Shown here: positions 10,222 through 20,621 of the stretch, in pieces
Numbering within the stretch: position 1 is the first letter of the stretch
How the letters are laid out: each line of letters opens with the position of its first letter
IMG/VR virus record: IMGVR_UViG_3300021375_002698
Source of the DNA: a virus
Length of the DNA stretch: 64,000 bases
Strand: one strand, 5' to 3'
Notes under the pieces: generated by a model
The model's database searches: none
What the model was told of the DNA's origin: nothing
Seen by the model: only the letters and a program-made list of their open reading frames with translations
Program-made: the position numbers and the translations under genes

Positions 10222-10691
10222 AAATACCTCTGTTCTAGCTCGTTTTTAATTTTTATTTTGCCATCTTTAAGCAAGTATAAAATCTTGTAGTTAACATCAT
10301 TGTCTATTTCTTTTTTACTAAGAACAACATGCCCTTCTAGATTTTTTTCTATTAGATAGTCAACTAATTCCCAGTCTGGTATGTCTACATCATTTATAGT
10401 TAACAAGTCTGATATATTTTGTTTTCCATTGTTTGCAAGATTAAACGAAATGTCTTCTTTCGTGTATATTAAAGATTTGTAACCTTCTTTACCCCACTTG
10501 ATTTCGCTTTTACAAATGTCATAAACTCTATGCACTATATCACAATTATTACATGTAACGTACTTTTCTTTAACTGTTTCATTATCAGTTAAAGAAAACA
10601 CGACGAACTTGTGATACAACGGTTTAGTTGTGTTTTCAAATATCTTAAGTATACATTGACACTCTATTAAATGTTTTATATAACTTTTCAT
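10218..10691 (-). CDS. Hypothetical protein with CxC and CxxC motifs
   Basis: HLIECQC...CNNCDIVH; overlaps the next gene by ATGA. Confidence 0.65.
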   Translation of the reverse strand: MKSYIKHLIECQCILKIFENTTKPLYHKFVVFSLTDNETVKEKYVTCNNCDIVHRVYDICKSEIKWGKEGYKSLIYTKEDISFNLANNGKQNISDLLTINDVDIPDWELVDYLIEKNLEGHVVLSKKEIDNDVNYKILYLLKDGKIKIKNELEQRYL

Positions 10692-10693
10692 TT

Positions 10694-11890
10694 CTACTCC
10701 TCCTTAAGCTTCACAACTAAACCAATTCTATTAAGAGTTTCAGACAAGCTTTTTGAAAGCTTGTCTGAAACTTCTTCACAATATCTTGAATATACTTTTT
10801 CTTTTGAACTTACAAAGCCTAGTAACACACACATATTATAACATTTTATTAAAGCTTTCAACTCGTTTAATAAATTACTATAGTCTGTAGGTATATGAAC
10901 TGTAATGTTATTTGGAGAAGCTCTTTTTTTTCTTTTAGAAAGATATTTTTTAACATTATGATTACAATCTTTTAGTTGCATATTAATCTCATTAACAAGA
11001 TGCTTATTTGTTTTGTCAAAAACTATCATGTTTTTTCCTAAAGTAACTTTGACAATTTTGCTTTTGCCCACTATGTCTTTATAAACATTATCAAAAAACT
11101 CTCCAGAAACTACAGTAGTACCCGAAATGCTTGCAATGTCCTTAAGTAAAAAAGGATCTTCGTTGTTAAATCTTGATATGTAAGGATATAAAAAGAGTTT
11201 ATTTCTTAAAAGTATACTCTTCAAATGTCTAACAGCATCATCTGATATTCCTCTACAAATAATAATGCCCGGTATATTTTCTTTTTTTAGTTCATCTAGT
11301 AAGGGAATAAGCTCTGATTCTCTTTCAATAAATCCATCAAACACAGATATTCTAACGTTTTTAGTTGATTTATTCACTTTGCTAAAATAAATACTTTCAA
11401 ATTCTGGATGAATGTTTATTTTATAAGTTGGCTTTGAATCTTTTTCAACTAATATTTCTTTGTTTTTAGTATGCTTACAATTTATAATTGCATCTGGACC
11501 ACCAAATTTTAAAACATTACTTGCTAGCTCAAATGAGTCTTTGTTCGATACACTTCTCATATATTTAAACAAAGTTTCCAGGTTTCCTTCTATTCTTTCT
11601 TTTTGCTCTGTATGATTGTTTAATAATGTATTTTCTAATAGTTTAACTGACGTATAATATGAACTGCCGGGATAAAGGCTTTCAGACTTTTTAAAGTAAT
11701 TAATTAAAATATTTCTATACGGAGACTTTTTAAACTCTTCAGACATAAGAAAAAAGTAAAAATAAAGAAATTTGCTTTTATATATCTTTTTACCTGATAT
11801 AATCCTGTTTTTTTGGTTTTTAAAAGATTTGTTAAATCTATTAAGCCTGTCAAATAAGTCTAGTATATTGCTATTCATGTTCTTTTCCAT
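10694..11890 (-). CDS. Degenerate GroEL/TCP-1 chaperonin-like protein
   Basis: Apical-domain-like DGFIERESELIPLLD...IIICRGISDDAVRHL and LKDIASISGTTVVS; the GDGTTT motif is replaced by YPGSSYY. Confidence 0.65.
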   Translation of the reverse strand: MEKNMNSNILDLFDRLNRFNKSFKNQKNRIISGKKIYKSKFLYFYFFLMSEEFKKSPYRNILINYFKKSESLYPGSSYYTSVKLLENTLLNNHTEQKERIEGNLETLFKYMRSVSNKDSFELASNVLKFGGPDAIINCKHTKNKEILVEKDSKPTYKINIHPEFESIYFSKVNKSTKNVRISVFDGFIERESELIPLLDELKKENIPGIIICRGISDDAVRHLKSILLRNKLFLYPYISRFNNEDPFLLKDIASISGTTVVSGEFFDNVYKDIVGKSKIVKVTLGKNMIVFDKTNKHLVNEINMQLKDCNHNVKKYLSKRKKRASPNNITVHIPTDYSNLLNELKALIKCYNMCVLLGFVSSKEKVYSRYCEEVSDKLSKSLSETLNRIGLVVKLKEE

Positions 11891-11921
11891 TTATTTGAAT
11901 TATATAACAGATGAACAATTA

Positions 11922-12422
11922 TTAAACTATTTTTTGTGAAGCCCAGCTTAAACATTCTTGCAAGTATAAAGGAAGTTTCATTTTTAATGTACTATTTACT
12001 TTTAACTTTGATATAACAATGCTATTCTTATCAAGCCACTCATATGATGAATGTTCAAAGTATCCAGACTTTTCATTTGCCTTTATTACTGTATTGTAAA
12101 AGCTATCTTTTTTTATCTTTCCTATAAACATAACAAGACCTTCTCCACAAGAAAACTTATCTTTTACAATCTTACCACTAAATTCTTCAAAGTCTTGTTC
12201 TGAAAGGTTTATTTCTTCATACGTTTCTCTTAAAGCGCAATCAAAAGGATACTCGCCAAATTCAATGCCTCCTTTTGGGAAATCATAGTAACCTTTATTG
12301 TCAATCAAAACCAAGTAAACAATTTTTTCTGGTATGTCACTAATAGTTTTACCTCTGTTGTCATAGTATACAATAATTCCTGCACCTGTACATTCTTCTT
12401 TCACGTCTAAACTCCTGATCAA
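11922..12422 (-). CDS. Nudix hydrolase (Ap4A hydrolase-like)
   Basis: Nudix box FPKGGIEFGEYPFDCALRETYEEINL; GAGIIVY; EHSSYEW. Confidence 0.9.
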   Translation of the reverse strand: MIRSLDVKEECTGAGIIVYYDNRGKTISDIPEKIVYLVLIDNKGYYDFPKGGIEFGEYPFDCALRETYEEINLSEQDFEEFSGKIVKDKFSCGEGLVMFIGKIKKDSFYNTVIKANEKSGYFEHSSYEWLDKNSIVISKLKVNSTLKMKLPLYLQECLSWASQKIV

Positions 12423-14035
12423 TATTCGTGATAGTTTTTAAAAAAATTATTAGGAAAGCTACTTCTAGACTTAGACTTAACTCTACTCCAATCACCATCA
12501 AGTATATATGTTACAGCTTTATCATTTTCAGATCTTATACTTCTACCTAGACTTTGAACGATAGTTCTAACAGTTTGAGTGTCATACCACCACTTCCATT
12601 TGTTCATTTTTTTTCTAGTTACTTTGTCACCTAAATAAGGAAAAGGTACTTTACACACAACTTGAAATTTTGACAAGTCACCTTTTAAGTCAACACCTTC
12701 AGACATAGAAGGCGATATTAATACAGTGTTTTTATTAGAACTTAAATGCTTTTCTAAACTCTTTTCTCTATTACTGCCATAAGCAAGAATTAGCCTACTA
12801 TCTCTTATGTTTTCTGAAAGATATTTTGCTATTCTTGTGTTGTGTGTATGAATAATACCTTTTTCATTTTTATGATTATCTAATATAGACTTAACCATCT
12901 CTTTCATAATAGGAAGAGTTTTATCAATATTTTTAGCTGACATGCTTCCTGCTGGAGAAAATACAATCGGACTATTTCTTGGATCAAAAGGTGAATCTTG
13001 TTTTATAGAAACAGTCTCATTTTCAGGCAACCCAATAGTTTGAATAAAACCTGAATGTGATATTATTGTTGCAGACATAAAAATAATATAGTCAGCGTGA
13101 TCAAGCAAATATTGCTTAGAATAACTAGATACATCAATGGGCTTAAATACAAATTTTTTGTTTTTATTGTCTGTTGATTCAATATCAAAAACCCAGTTTT
13201 CTTTGTCATATAAGTTTATAAACTGTTCAATTTTCTTCAAATGAGAAGTCAACATTTCAAAGTTATTTGTTATTTTCTTAAAGTCTTCTAGCTTTGATGA
13301 AGTTATACCAAACTTTTCAAGTTGTGATGCCATAAATTGAACTTTTTTAGACACAGCTTGTATGTAAATGTTTTTAATCCAATTGTATACTTTAAACTGT
13401 GTATTTAATGAATCAGGTATCGTTATTTTTAATATTTTTTTAGAAAAGTAACTAGAGATGCTAATTTCTATGAATCTAGAAAGTTCATTTTCTAAATTAT
13501 GAGCCTCATCAATTATAAGCACTTTTTTGTTAGGAACTTTTTTACTATAATTCTTTTCAGTTAAAAAGTAGCTAAAGTTTGTTATTCCTAAATCTTTATC
13601 TATAAAGTCTTTCTTTTTCTTTTTGTAAACACACTCATATTTACACTTGTCGTACATCTTAGTCATACTTTTGCTTCTAAGTCCCGTTTGAATATCTTTA
13701 CAAGATGCTTTTTTGTCTATACTACATGTATAGTTAGAAGAGCTATATAAAGATACAAGATCAAACTTAGAGAAATCATTTTCATATTGATCTTGAAGCA
13801 ATTTCTGAGTTGTTAAAAAATAAGAGCCGTTTATGTATATACCTGGGTATTCTGATGAATTGTTCATTTTTCTTGCAACAGTTAATCCTATTGCACTTTT
13901 ACCTACACCTGTTCCACATTCTACAATAGCATATTTATGACCAGACTTAAATTTTTCAAGTATTATGTCTATTGCTTCTTCTTGCTGCTGCCTAGGTTTC
14001 TCATACGGGAAATAGTTATTCCATGTACTAGTCAA
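12419..14035 (-). CDS. DinG/XPD-family SF2 helicase
   Basis: Q motif FPYEKPRQQQ, GTGVGKS, DEAH, SAT, EGVDL, QSLGRSIRSEND; Cys cluster. Confidence 0.92.
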   Translation of the reverse strand: MTSTWNNYFPYEKPRQQQEEAIDIILEKFKSGHKYAIVECGTGVGKSAIGLTVARKMNNSSEYPGIYINGSYFLTTQKLLQDQYENDFSKFDLVSLYSSSNYTCSIDKKASCKDIQTGLRSKSMTKMYDKCKYECVYKKKKKDFIDKDLGITNFSYFLTEKNYSKKVPNKKVLIIDEAHNLENELSRFIEISISSYFSKKILKITIPDSLNTQFKVYNWIKNIYIQAVSKKVQFMASQLEKFGITSSKLEDFKKITNNFEMLTSHLKKIEQFINLYDKENWVFDIESTDNKNKKFVFKPIDVSSYSKQYLLDHADYIIFMSATIISHSGFIQTIGLPENETVSIKQDSPFDPRNSPIVFSPAGSMSAKNIDKTLPIMKEMVKSILDNHKNEKGIIHTHNTRIAKYLSENIRDSRLILAYGSNREKSLEKHLSSNKNTVLISPSMSEGVDLKGDLSKFQVVCKVPFPYLGDKVTRKKMNKWKWWYDTQTVRTIVQSLGRSIRSENDKAVTYILDGDWSRVKSKSRSSFPNNFFKNYHEY

Positions 14036-14060
14036 GTTTTTACCTCATAAAGGATTTCTC

Positions 14061-14336
14061 ATGCCAAATAATAGTTTGACACGCGCTGATATTAAAAAAA
14101 TTAAAGTAATGATTAAAAAAGAACTTAATAAAATTGAAGATAAACAAAACAAAGAAATTAATAAACTTAAAAACAAAGAAATAGAGTCTCAAATAAAAAA
14201 AGTTATTAAAAAAGACTATAAAAATATAGATAAGTTTGATGATAAAGTTTATGATTTATTTAAAGAGTTTATGCAAGATTATCATGATATGTTCTATAGA
14301 GAAAGACATATAATCAAAAACAAAGTAAAGAAGTAA
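14061..14336 (+). CDS. Hypothetical basic protein
   Basis: ORF with AAGG RBS. Confidence 0.6.
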   Translation: MPNNSLTRADIKKIKVMIKKELNKIEDKQNKEINKLKNKEIESQIKKVIKKDYKNIDKFDDKVYDLFKEFMQDYHDMFYRERHIIKNKVKK

Positions 14337-14383
14337 AATATTCTTCTATATTATAATAAAAATTTGTTGTTTAATTTACACAT

Positions 14384-14878
14384 TTAATTTTTAACATTAA
14401 ACATTCTTGAAACATTTCTAGAATAAAGCTGTGCTTCTTCTTTTGAATTGAAAGTTTTAATAGTAGTTTCACCTTTAGTTTTAATAGTCGTATATTCATC
14501 ACCAGAGTTTACATCTATTCCGCTATCAAAAATAGCACCATTAACAGACGCAATATTTTCAGGTGAGATATTATATCCACTATTATCTGAAAATACTTTG
14601 CTTTTTTGATTCCTTCCTACGGCTTCTTTAACAGCTTCTTTAAACTCTTTAGATATTTTTTCTATTAAAAAAATATTATTTTTTGTATCACAATATCTTA
14701 TTGTAGATTTGTTAAAAAACTCTTTTAATAATAAAAGACACACATTACTTTTCAATAATAAATTATAGTTTCCTTGCAAATTTAATTCAAATATTGATTG
14801 TAAATAGTCAGATTCATATTTTTGTAATTTTAGTCCAACACTATTACAATTTTCTAGTAAAGTTGATAATTTTTTCAT
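14384..14878 (-). CDS. Hypothetical protein; start moved to MKKLSTLLE
   Basis: The longer ORF overlaps the divergent gene; ATG at 14876-14878. Confidence 0.55.
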   Translation of the reverse strand: MKKLSTLLENCNSVGLKLQKYESDYLQSIFELNLQGNYNLLLKSNVCLLLLKEFFNKSTIRYCDTKNNIFLIEKISKEFKEAVKEAVGRNQKSKVFSDNSGYNISPENIASVNGAIFDSGIDVNSGDEYTTIKTKGETTIKTFNSKEEAQLYSRNVSRMFNVKN

Positions 14879-14900
14879 TTTAAGCCTACTCAGGAGATAT

Positions 14901-15698
14901 ATGCTTAAATATACTATAACAGTTCTTTTTTTATTAATTTCATGCAGCGTTAATGAAGATGCTGATTTTAAAAAAAGTAGTTTTAAAAAAATTGACAAAA
15001 TAATGTCAGGTAGCTCGTGCAATGACAAATGCATTTGGTCAACTTACGCTGTGAACATGAATATACAAGAAGGGAAATATGAATGCAGTAGCGGAAAATG
15101 TGTTTGCGTAAAAGAAAATAATGCATACATGCTGTGTGAACCTGCGGGTTTCTTGAATAACTTAGAAAATAATGATAAGAGTAAAAATGACATATTATCA
15201 ATACCGTATTACAATCAATATGAAAACGAATTTTATAAGTCTTCAACATGTCAAAATACTTCAATAGCTATGGCTCTAAGCTATTTTGAATATATAATAA
15301 GCCCAGACTATATCTTTAGCGAGTGGGGTAAAGATATAGCTCAGTCACCAATGGGATTAAACAGTGTATACTCTCACTACTCAAAAAAATCAAAAATAAA
15401 AACAAATACTTCAGCTTCACCAAGTGACTTGCTAAAATCACTTTCAAATGGTAATATTGCAATAGTTCACGGATACTTCACTTCATCTGGTCATGTAATA
15501 GTAGTTAGAGGGTTTTATAACAATAGATATCATGTTAACGATCCCGCCGGGAAATGGCTAGGGTGTTTTATGTGCGGATACTCATCAAATAATAATGGTA
15601 TTACTTCATATAGTAAAGAAGCTTTTGAAAGTGCTGTTTTTACATCAGACGGTAGTACATATTTACCTGGTTGGATTCATATAATATCTAAGCTTTAA
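14901..15698 (+). CDS. Lipoprotein with C39-like cysteine peptidase domain (possible cell-wall hydrolase)
   Basis: Lipobox LLISC; IPYYNQ..TCQNTSIAM, GHVIVVRG, VNDPAG (Q-C-H-D). Confidence 0.85.
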   Translation: MLKYTITVLFLLISCSVNEDADFKKSSFKKIDKIMSGSSCNDKCIWSTYAVNMNIQEGKYECSSGKCVCVKENNAYMLCEPAGFLNNLENNDKSKNDILSIPYYNQYENEFYKSSTCQNTSIAMALSYFEYIISPDYIFSEWGKDIAQSPMGLNSVYSHYSKKSKIKTNTSASPSDLLKSLSNGNIAIVHGYFTSSGHVIVVRGFYNNRYHVNDPAGKWLGCFMCGYSSNNNGITSYSKEAFESAVFTSDGSTYLPGWIHIISKL

Positions 15699-15727
15699 AA
15701 GCTATATCCTTTTATTTTTTCATTATT

Positions 15728-16021
15728 CTAATCATTTTTTTTATCCTTTAAGCTTTTAATTTCTTTTTTTAGCTTCTGATCTTCATTGTCAATTATTTGA
15801 ATTGCAGCATTTACATACTTATCAAGAGCAGTTTGCCCTAAAATGTAACCAATTTGAATAAATCCGCTTGTAATCACAACTGTCATAAGCATCATTAGAG
15901 AATAATGATCTAGCTTTCCTTGCAAGTGGTATAACAAATAAAAAAGAATAGCTTTCCAACCGATCTCTGATGTCATATAGGCAATAAACTTCTTACTTTT
16001 CATAGGCGTCTTATTTAACAT
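15728..16021 (-). CDS. Small 2-TM membrane protein (holin-like)
   Basis: KSKKFIAY..., two hydrophobic segments, GYILGQTALD, charged C-terminus. Confidence 0.55.
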   Translation of the reverse strand: MLNKTPMKSKKFIAYMTSEIGWKAILFYLLYHLQGKLDHYSLMMLMTVVITSGFIQIGYILGQTALDKYVNAAIQIIDNEDQKLKKEIKSLKDKKND

Positions 16022-16096
16022 TAATAAAGTCTTTCTGTTTTTAAATAACTGTAACTAATAATTATATATAGATTATATTTTATTAAGGGTCTAGTT

Positions 16097-16939
16097 ATGG
16101 AAATGAAAAAAATTAACTTATGTATTCTTTTGTTAGATCTAGTAGGTTCTACCAAGTTTGTTCAAAAATATGGAAATGAACATGCTGCAAAAATTTTTCA
16201 AGCTCATGATAAGTTAACTAGATCTTTAATATACAAGTTTAACGGTCGTGAAATTGATAGATCTGACGGTTTTCTAATGAGTTTTAATAGTACAATAGAT
16301 GCAGTTAACTTTTCTTTAATATATCATAAAACAATACCTCCAAGAACAACACTTCAGGCAAGGATCGGTATCCATTGGGGCGAAATTATAGAAGTAGCGC
16401 AAGAAGATAAGTTTATAGACGCAGGTGCTAAACGAGTAGAGCTAGAAGGATTATCTAAGAATACAGCTGCTAGAATAATGTCGTTAGCTGCAGGAGGTCA
16501 AACATGCTTGTCTACACAAGCTTTTAATAAAGTAAAAAACAGATCAAATATGCATACGCCTAAAAATGCTAGATACGCATGCGCAGGAGTATATAAGTTA
16601 AAAGGAATAAGAGACCCAATAGATGTTTATGTAGTAGGTGTTTCTATTGAAAGTCTACAACCTCCAAAAAATTCTGACAAAGTTAAGAAGATTGCTGGAC
16701 CTAAAAAAATAAAGTCGCGAGCAAGAGATAGAAAGCTAAAAGAATGGTTCTGGTATTTATATCCAAAATTAGGTATTATATCTTTAATATTTTTAATTAA
16801 AAATTTTTGGCCTATGCTTGGAAGGGAGTCAACTAGAATTGCTTTAAGGATTGACTTTTACTTTTTCTGGATAGACTATATAAATATAGTCATAAACTTC
16901 TTACATTCAATATACGAGAATACATTAGGTAATATATAA
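16097..16939 (+). CDS. Class III nucleotidyl (adenylate/guanylate-type) cyclase with C-terminal TM segments
   Basis: LLDLVGST, GREIDRSDGFL, RIGIHWGE, NTAARIMSLA.GGQ, YKLKGI. Confidence 0.9.
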   Translation: MEMKKINLCILLLDLVGSTKFVQKYGNEHAAKIFQAHDKLTRSLIYKFNGREIDRSDGFLMSFNSTIDAVNFSLIYHKTIPPRTTLQARIGIHWGEIIEVAQEDKFIDAGAKRVELEGLSKNTAARIMSLAAGGQTCLSTQAFNKVKNRSNMHTPKNARYACAGVYKLKGIRDPIDVYVVGVSIESLQPPKNSDKVKKIAGPKKIKSRARDRKLKEWFWYLYPKLGIISLIFLIKNFWPMLGRESTRIALRIDFYFFWIDYINIVINFLHSIYENTLGNI

Positions 16940-17428
16940 ATGATTAACAAAGACTTAAAATCAAAAAAACAGTTTAATCAAACTGAAAAAGCTAAACGTG
17001 GATGGTGGGCTTCTGTATTTTTTATGATTATGATTATTGCTTTAATCATATTTTTATCATATGTCAAGATTCAAGAAGAAAACAGAGATATACTAATAGG
17101 TATAATAGGAATGCTTACAGGTAGTATATCAAGTATGCTTTCAATAGCAGCGGGTAAAGATCCTGCTGAAATAGAAGAATTAAAAGATAAACTTTCTGCA
17201 GCAAATGCTGATAGAGCAGCTCTCATAGCCAGATTAAGAGATTCTCAAATTCAAAATCAGCTAAAGACAGAACAGCTTAACGATATTCAAATTGCATTAA
17301 TTGAAAAAATGCCTATTTGGGAAGGTAAAAAAGTCATAGTGCACAAATCTGAAGATGATGTTGAATTGAACAAACACATATCAGCATGGATACCAAAAGT
17401 AGATAGAAGTGAAAAGTTAGATAAATAA
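16940..17428 (+). CDS. 2-TM membrane protein with coiled coil, abutting the cyclase
   Basis: Starts 1 nt after the cyclase stop; two hydrophobic helices followed by a heptad region. Confidence 0.75.
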   Translation: MINKDLKSKKQFNQTEKAKRGWWASVFFMIMIIALIIFLSYVKIQEENRDILIGIIGMLTGSISSMLSIAAGKDPAEIEELKDKLSAANADRAALIARLRDSQIQNQLKTEQLNDIQIALIEKMPIWEGKKVIVHKSEDDVELNKHISAWIPKVDRSEKLDK

Positions 17429-17499
17429 TATCTGTAATTTATTGTAAACCAATGTTAATTAATATAAATGATTATATTATGTTCTTTCTTTAATATAAA

Positions 17500-18405
17500 C
17501 TATAGCTTATTTAATAATTCATGAGAATCTTTAATAGCAAAAACTAACTCCAGATACTCAGAGCTATTTGCAATATACTTCATAGTATTCATATTTGTTT
17601 TCTTTATTGACTTAGAAAATATTGAATTATACCACTCTTCACCTTTATGCCTATAAGCCAGTTTTTGTGAAGTATCATCTAATACATTGTCTGGGGTTAA
17701 TTGAGGAATTCTAAACTCTTCTGACTCTGCTTTGTTTATATCAAGTTGAATAATTTCAATATCATTTCTATTGGCATATATTTGCCATTTCTTTTGTGCA
17801 TTTAAAGAAACTGACTTTCTATCTGAACAAACACTTTTATCTCTTATCATTGATAAAAATTCTAACATTACTTCGAATATAACTGCATTAAAACCCTCTG
17901 TAGACTTATGAACAAGCATTATTCTATATGCACCTTCGCCATATCCTGTAGGCCAGTCTTTATCTGTTGCTTCAAAGTCAATAGTACTTGATATTGCTCT
18001 GCTTTCTGATAACTCGCTGAAGTCAAATTTTATAAAACACTCATCTTCATCTTCATACAGCTTAATTCTTCCCATTATACTATTATCTTTTTTTAATTCT
18101 CTTTCTTCATGAACATATCTTTCAAGCTTTCTAATTATACTCATAATTTTATAATTAACACCATGTATGTCGTCAACTAAATTAAACTTTTCTATCTTTT
18201 TAAAATCTTCTGGATTGTTTATATCAAATTCTTTATAAAAATTAGAATTACTTACACTTACTTCATCATAGTTTTTATAGTCTTCATCTTCATACCCAAA
18301 GTTATATTTGTCTTCATCTATATCTGATAAATTTATGTTTTTAAAAGATTCACTAATAAAACTATTCCACTCTTTTAATATACCCTTGAAATCTTTGTTA
18401 ATCAT
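17500..18405 (-). CDS. Hypothetical protein with Glu-terminated leader; possible GNAT-like fold
   Basis: N-terminus KGILKEWNSFISE; SDRKSVSLNAQKKWQIY segment. Confidence 0.6.
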   Translation of the reverse strand: MINKDFKGILKEWNSFISESFKNINLSDIDEDKYNFGYEDEDYKNYDEVSVSNSNFYKEFDINNPEDFKKIEKFNLVDDIHGVNYKIMSIIRKLERYVHEERELKKDNSIMGRIKLYEDEDECFIKFDFSELSESRAISSTIDFEATDKDWPTGYGEGAYRIMLVHKSTEGFNAVIFEVMLEFLSMIRDKSVCSDRKSVSLNAQKKWQIYANRNDIEIIQLDINKAESEEFRIPQLTPDNVLDDTSQKLAYRHKGEEWYNSIFSKSIKKTNMNTMKYIANSSEYLELVFAIKDSHELLNKL

Positions 18406-18433
18406 TTATATAAACCTTTTTTTATTTTATATA

Positions 18434-18727
18434 TTATGTAATCCACCAACTATCAAAACTACCATGTTTAATTTTTTCATAAATATCATCAGGTATACTA
18501 CCAACACAGTTGCAATTAAACCACTCACCCTCTTCAGACCATCTACTAAGACTTTCATGAATTATTTTCTCTCTCCACCCCATTCCTTTGAAAGATGATA
18601 TTAATTTAAGCTTGTTAGCATTACCCGTTTGAAGCTGCTTCAATCTTCTATTAGGATCTTTAGATCTACCAACCTTTATCATTCCTGTTTTATCTGACTG
18701 TATAAAATATAAATAATCTTTTTTCAT
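18434..18727 (-). CDS. GIY-YIG-like T5orf172/MUG113 domain protein
   Basis: YLYFIQ..IKVGRSKDPNRRLKQLQTGN...EKIIH...GEWF. Confidence 0.88.
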   Translation of the reverse strand: MKKDYLYFIQSDKTGMIKVGRSKDPNRRLKQLQTGNANKLKLISSFKGMGWREKIIHESLSRWSEEGEWFNCNCVGSIPDDIYEKIKHGSFDSWWIT

Positions 18728-18809
18728 ATTATCTCTCTTAAAAATGATATAATTATTATATCTTGATATTAACTATTTTATAAATTTCTTAACTTATACT
18801 TTTATAAAT

Positions 18810-18838
18810 TTGTAAAAAAAAAGATTTATTTATACAAT
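18810..18838 (+). promoter_or_regulatory. Putative promoter TTGTAA-N17-TACAAT upstream of pyrF
   Basis: Variant of the phage promoter consensus. Confidence 0.5.
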
Positions 18839-18856
18839 AAAAAAAAAGGAATTTCT

Positions 18857-19495
18857 ATGAATAAAATATGCTTAGGGCTAGACTTAGAACCGGGTACTAG
18901 ATTATTTAATTACTATAAAGTTATTGATGAAACTAAAGACTTAGTTCACAGTTATAAAATAAATCCATCTTACTTTTTAGGAAATCAAAGAGTCTTAGAC
19001 AAATTAATTAAACAATTAAATTATATTGGCGCAAAGTGGATATACGATGGAAAAATCGGTGATGTACTTCATAATAACGATCATTACGCTTATCACATAT
19101 ATGACGTGCTTAGAGCAAGTGGTGTAACGCTTAATCCATATGCAGGATATGAATCTTTAGTTCCATTTACAAGATATGAACATAAAATGAACTTTGTTTT
19201 ATGCAAAACTTCAAATATAGGATCAGAATTCATGCAAAGTGAAGATGTATTTGAAAAGATATACGATATGTCAAAAAAATTAAAAACTGGCATCTTAGTT
19301 GCAGGAAATAAAGAAAATATATTAGAAAAAACAATAGAAAAATGTCCGAACGCTGAAATTTTGTGTACAGGAATAGAAATACAAGGCGGCTCAATTAATA
19401 AAAATATAAAAAATGAAAATGTAATATATAACATATCTAGATCAATAGTTAATTCTTCAAACCCAAGATTAGAGTTAGAAAAATATATTAAATAA
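18857..19495 (+). CDS. pyrF: Orotidine-5'-phosphate decarboxylase
   Basis: ICLGLD, YKIN, DGKIGDV (DxKxxD), TLNPYAG, LCKTSN, QGG, NISRSI. Confidence 0.85.
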   Translation: MNKICLGLDLEPGTRLFNYYKVIDETKDLVHSYKINPSYFLGNQRVLDKLIKQLNYIGAKWIYDGKIGDVLHNNDHYAYHIYDVLRASGVTLNPYAGYESLVPFTRYEHKMNFVLCKTSNIGSEFMQSEDVFEKIYDMSKKLKTGILVAGNKENILEKTIEKCPNAEILCTGIEIQGGSINKNIKNENVIYNISRSIVNSSNPRLELEKYIK

Positions 19496-19685
19496 TATTA
19501 TCTCCACCTTTTAGTAACATTTATACATAAACTTCATGCACAACAAAAATTACTGGAACATATACATTAGAAAAAAGACGATGTTTATGGAGATAACAAC
19601 TTTAAGAAAAACTGATATTAAAAATATCTTATATTAAAATTCATTTTAATTATCATTATCTTCGTTCGAATGTGAATTTGCTTTA

Positions 19686-20366
19686 TTATAAACTCGTATT
19701 TCCCGCTGCTTTTTGTTGATCAATTAATTCTTGGTTTATAAAAGTTGTTTTATCATAATCTTTGCTTTTTTTACCTTTAACATTATCTTTGTTTACTTTT
19801 TCGCTTTTTTTAACAATATATCTTTCAAACTTTTTTACAATTTGATTAAAATCATAAATATCAATTTTAGGATCATCACCTCTCATATATGACTTAGACT
19901 TTTCCTGAACTTTTTTGCCTATTAATTTAACAATTCTAATAACACATGCTTTAGGGTCATCTTCTACATCACTATTTAAAGCTGAATATTTCTTAACTAA
20001 ATCTACTAATTTTTCTACATGATAGTGTGTATCATCATAGCTTCTACTTTGAACAACGTTATCTTTCATGTATTGATTTATTTTTTCATCTATTTCTTTT
20101 TTTACGAAACTATCGCTAACGCCTTTTTGTTTGAGCTGACTATTCATTTCAGAAGTAGCTGCTTCACGCGAATTTGAATTAGGACTCGCTTGTGTTTGTT
20201 TAAAAGGATTTAAAGCAATAGCTGCCAAAGCTGCTAATGCCAAGTTTTGTTTTAAACCCTCTTCAAGCACTTCTTGGCTATCAACATTGTCTTCGTCATT
20301 TAATAGTCTTCGCCAGCTTTCTACTAAAACCTTTGTTTCTTTTTTATTATTAATATTATTAATCAT
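19686..20366 (-). CDS. Hypothetical protein with leader and hydrophobic helix
   Basis: KETKVLVESWRRLL...LEEGLKQNLALAALAAIAL. Confidence 0.7.
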   Translation of the reverse strand: MINNINNKKETKVLVESWRRLLNDEDNVDSQEVLEEGLKQNLALAALAAIALNPFKQTQASPNSNSREAATSEMNSQLKQKGVSDSFVKKEIDEKINQYMKDNVVQSRSYDDTHYHVEKLVDLVKKYSALNSDVEDDPKACVIRIVKLIGKKVQEKSKSYMRGDDPKIDIYDFNQIVKKFERYIVKKSEKVNKDNVKGKKSKDYDKTTFINQELIDQQKAAGNTSL

Positions 20367-20621
20367 TCTTAATTCCTATCTTTATTTACCATAAGCTTTA
20401 CTATAATTATTCTTTGCAATCTAAAAATTACTTTTTATAAATTAATATAAATCTTTATATTATTTCGTTTATGAATAAAAAATATATAATAACAACAACT
20501 CAATTAAAAATGATTAACATATTAATAAAAACAGCTGAAGAGTCTATTAATAGAAATACTTTTTCTAAAGATGAAATTGAAAAAATTAAAAAAACTGTAA
20601 AAATATTAAACTCTTACCCAA

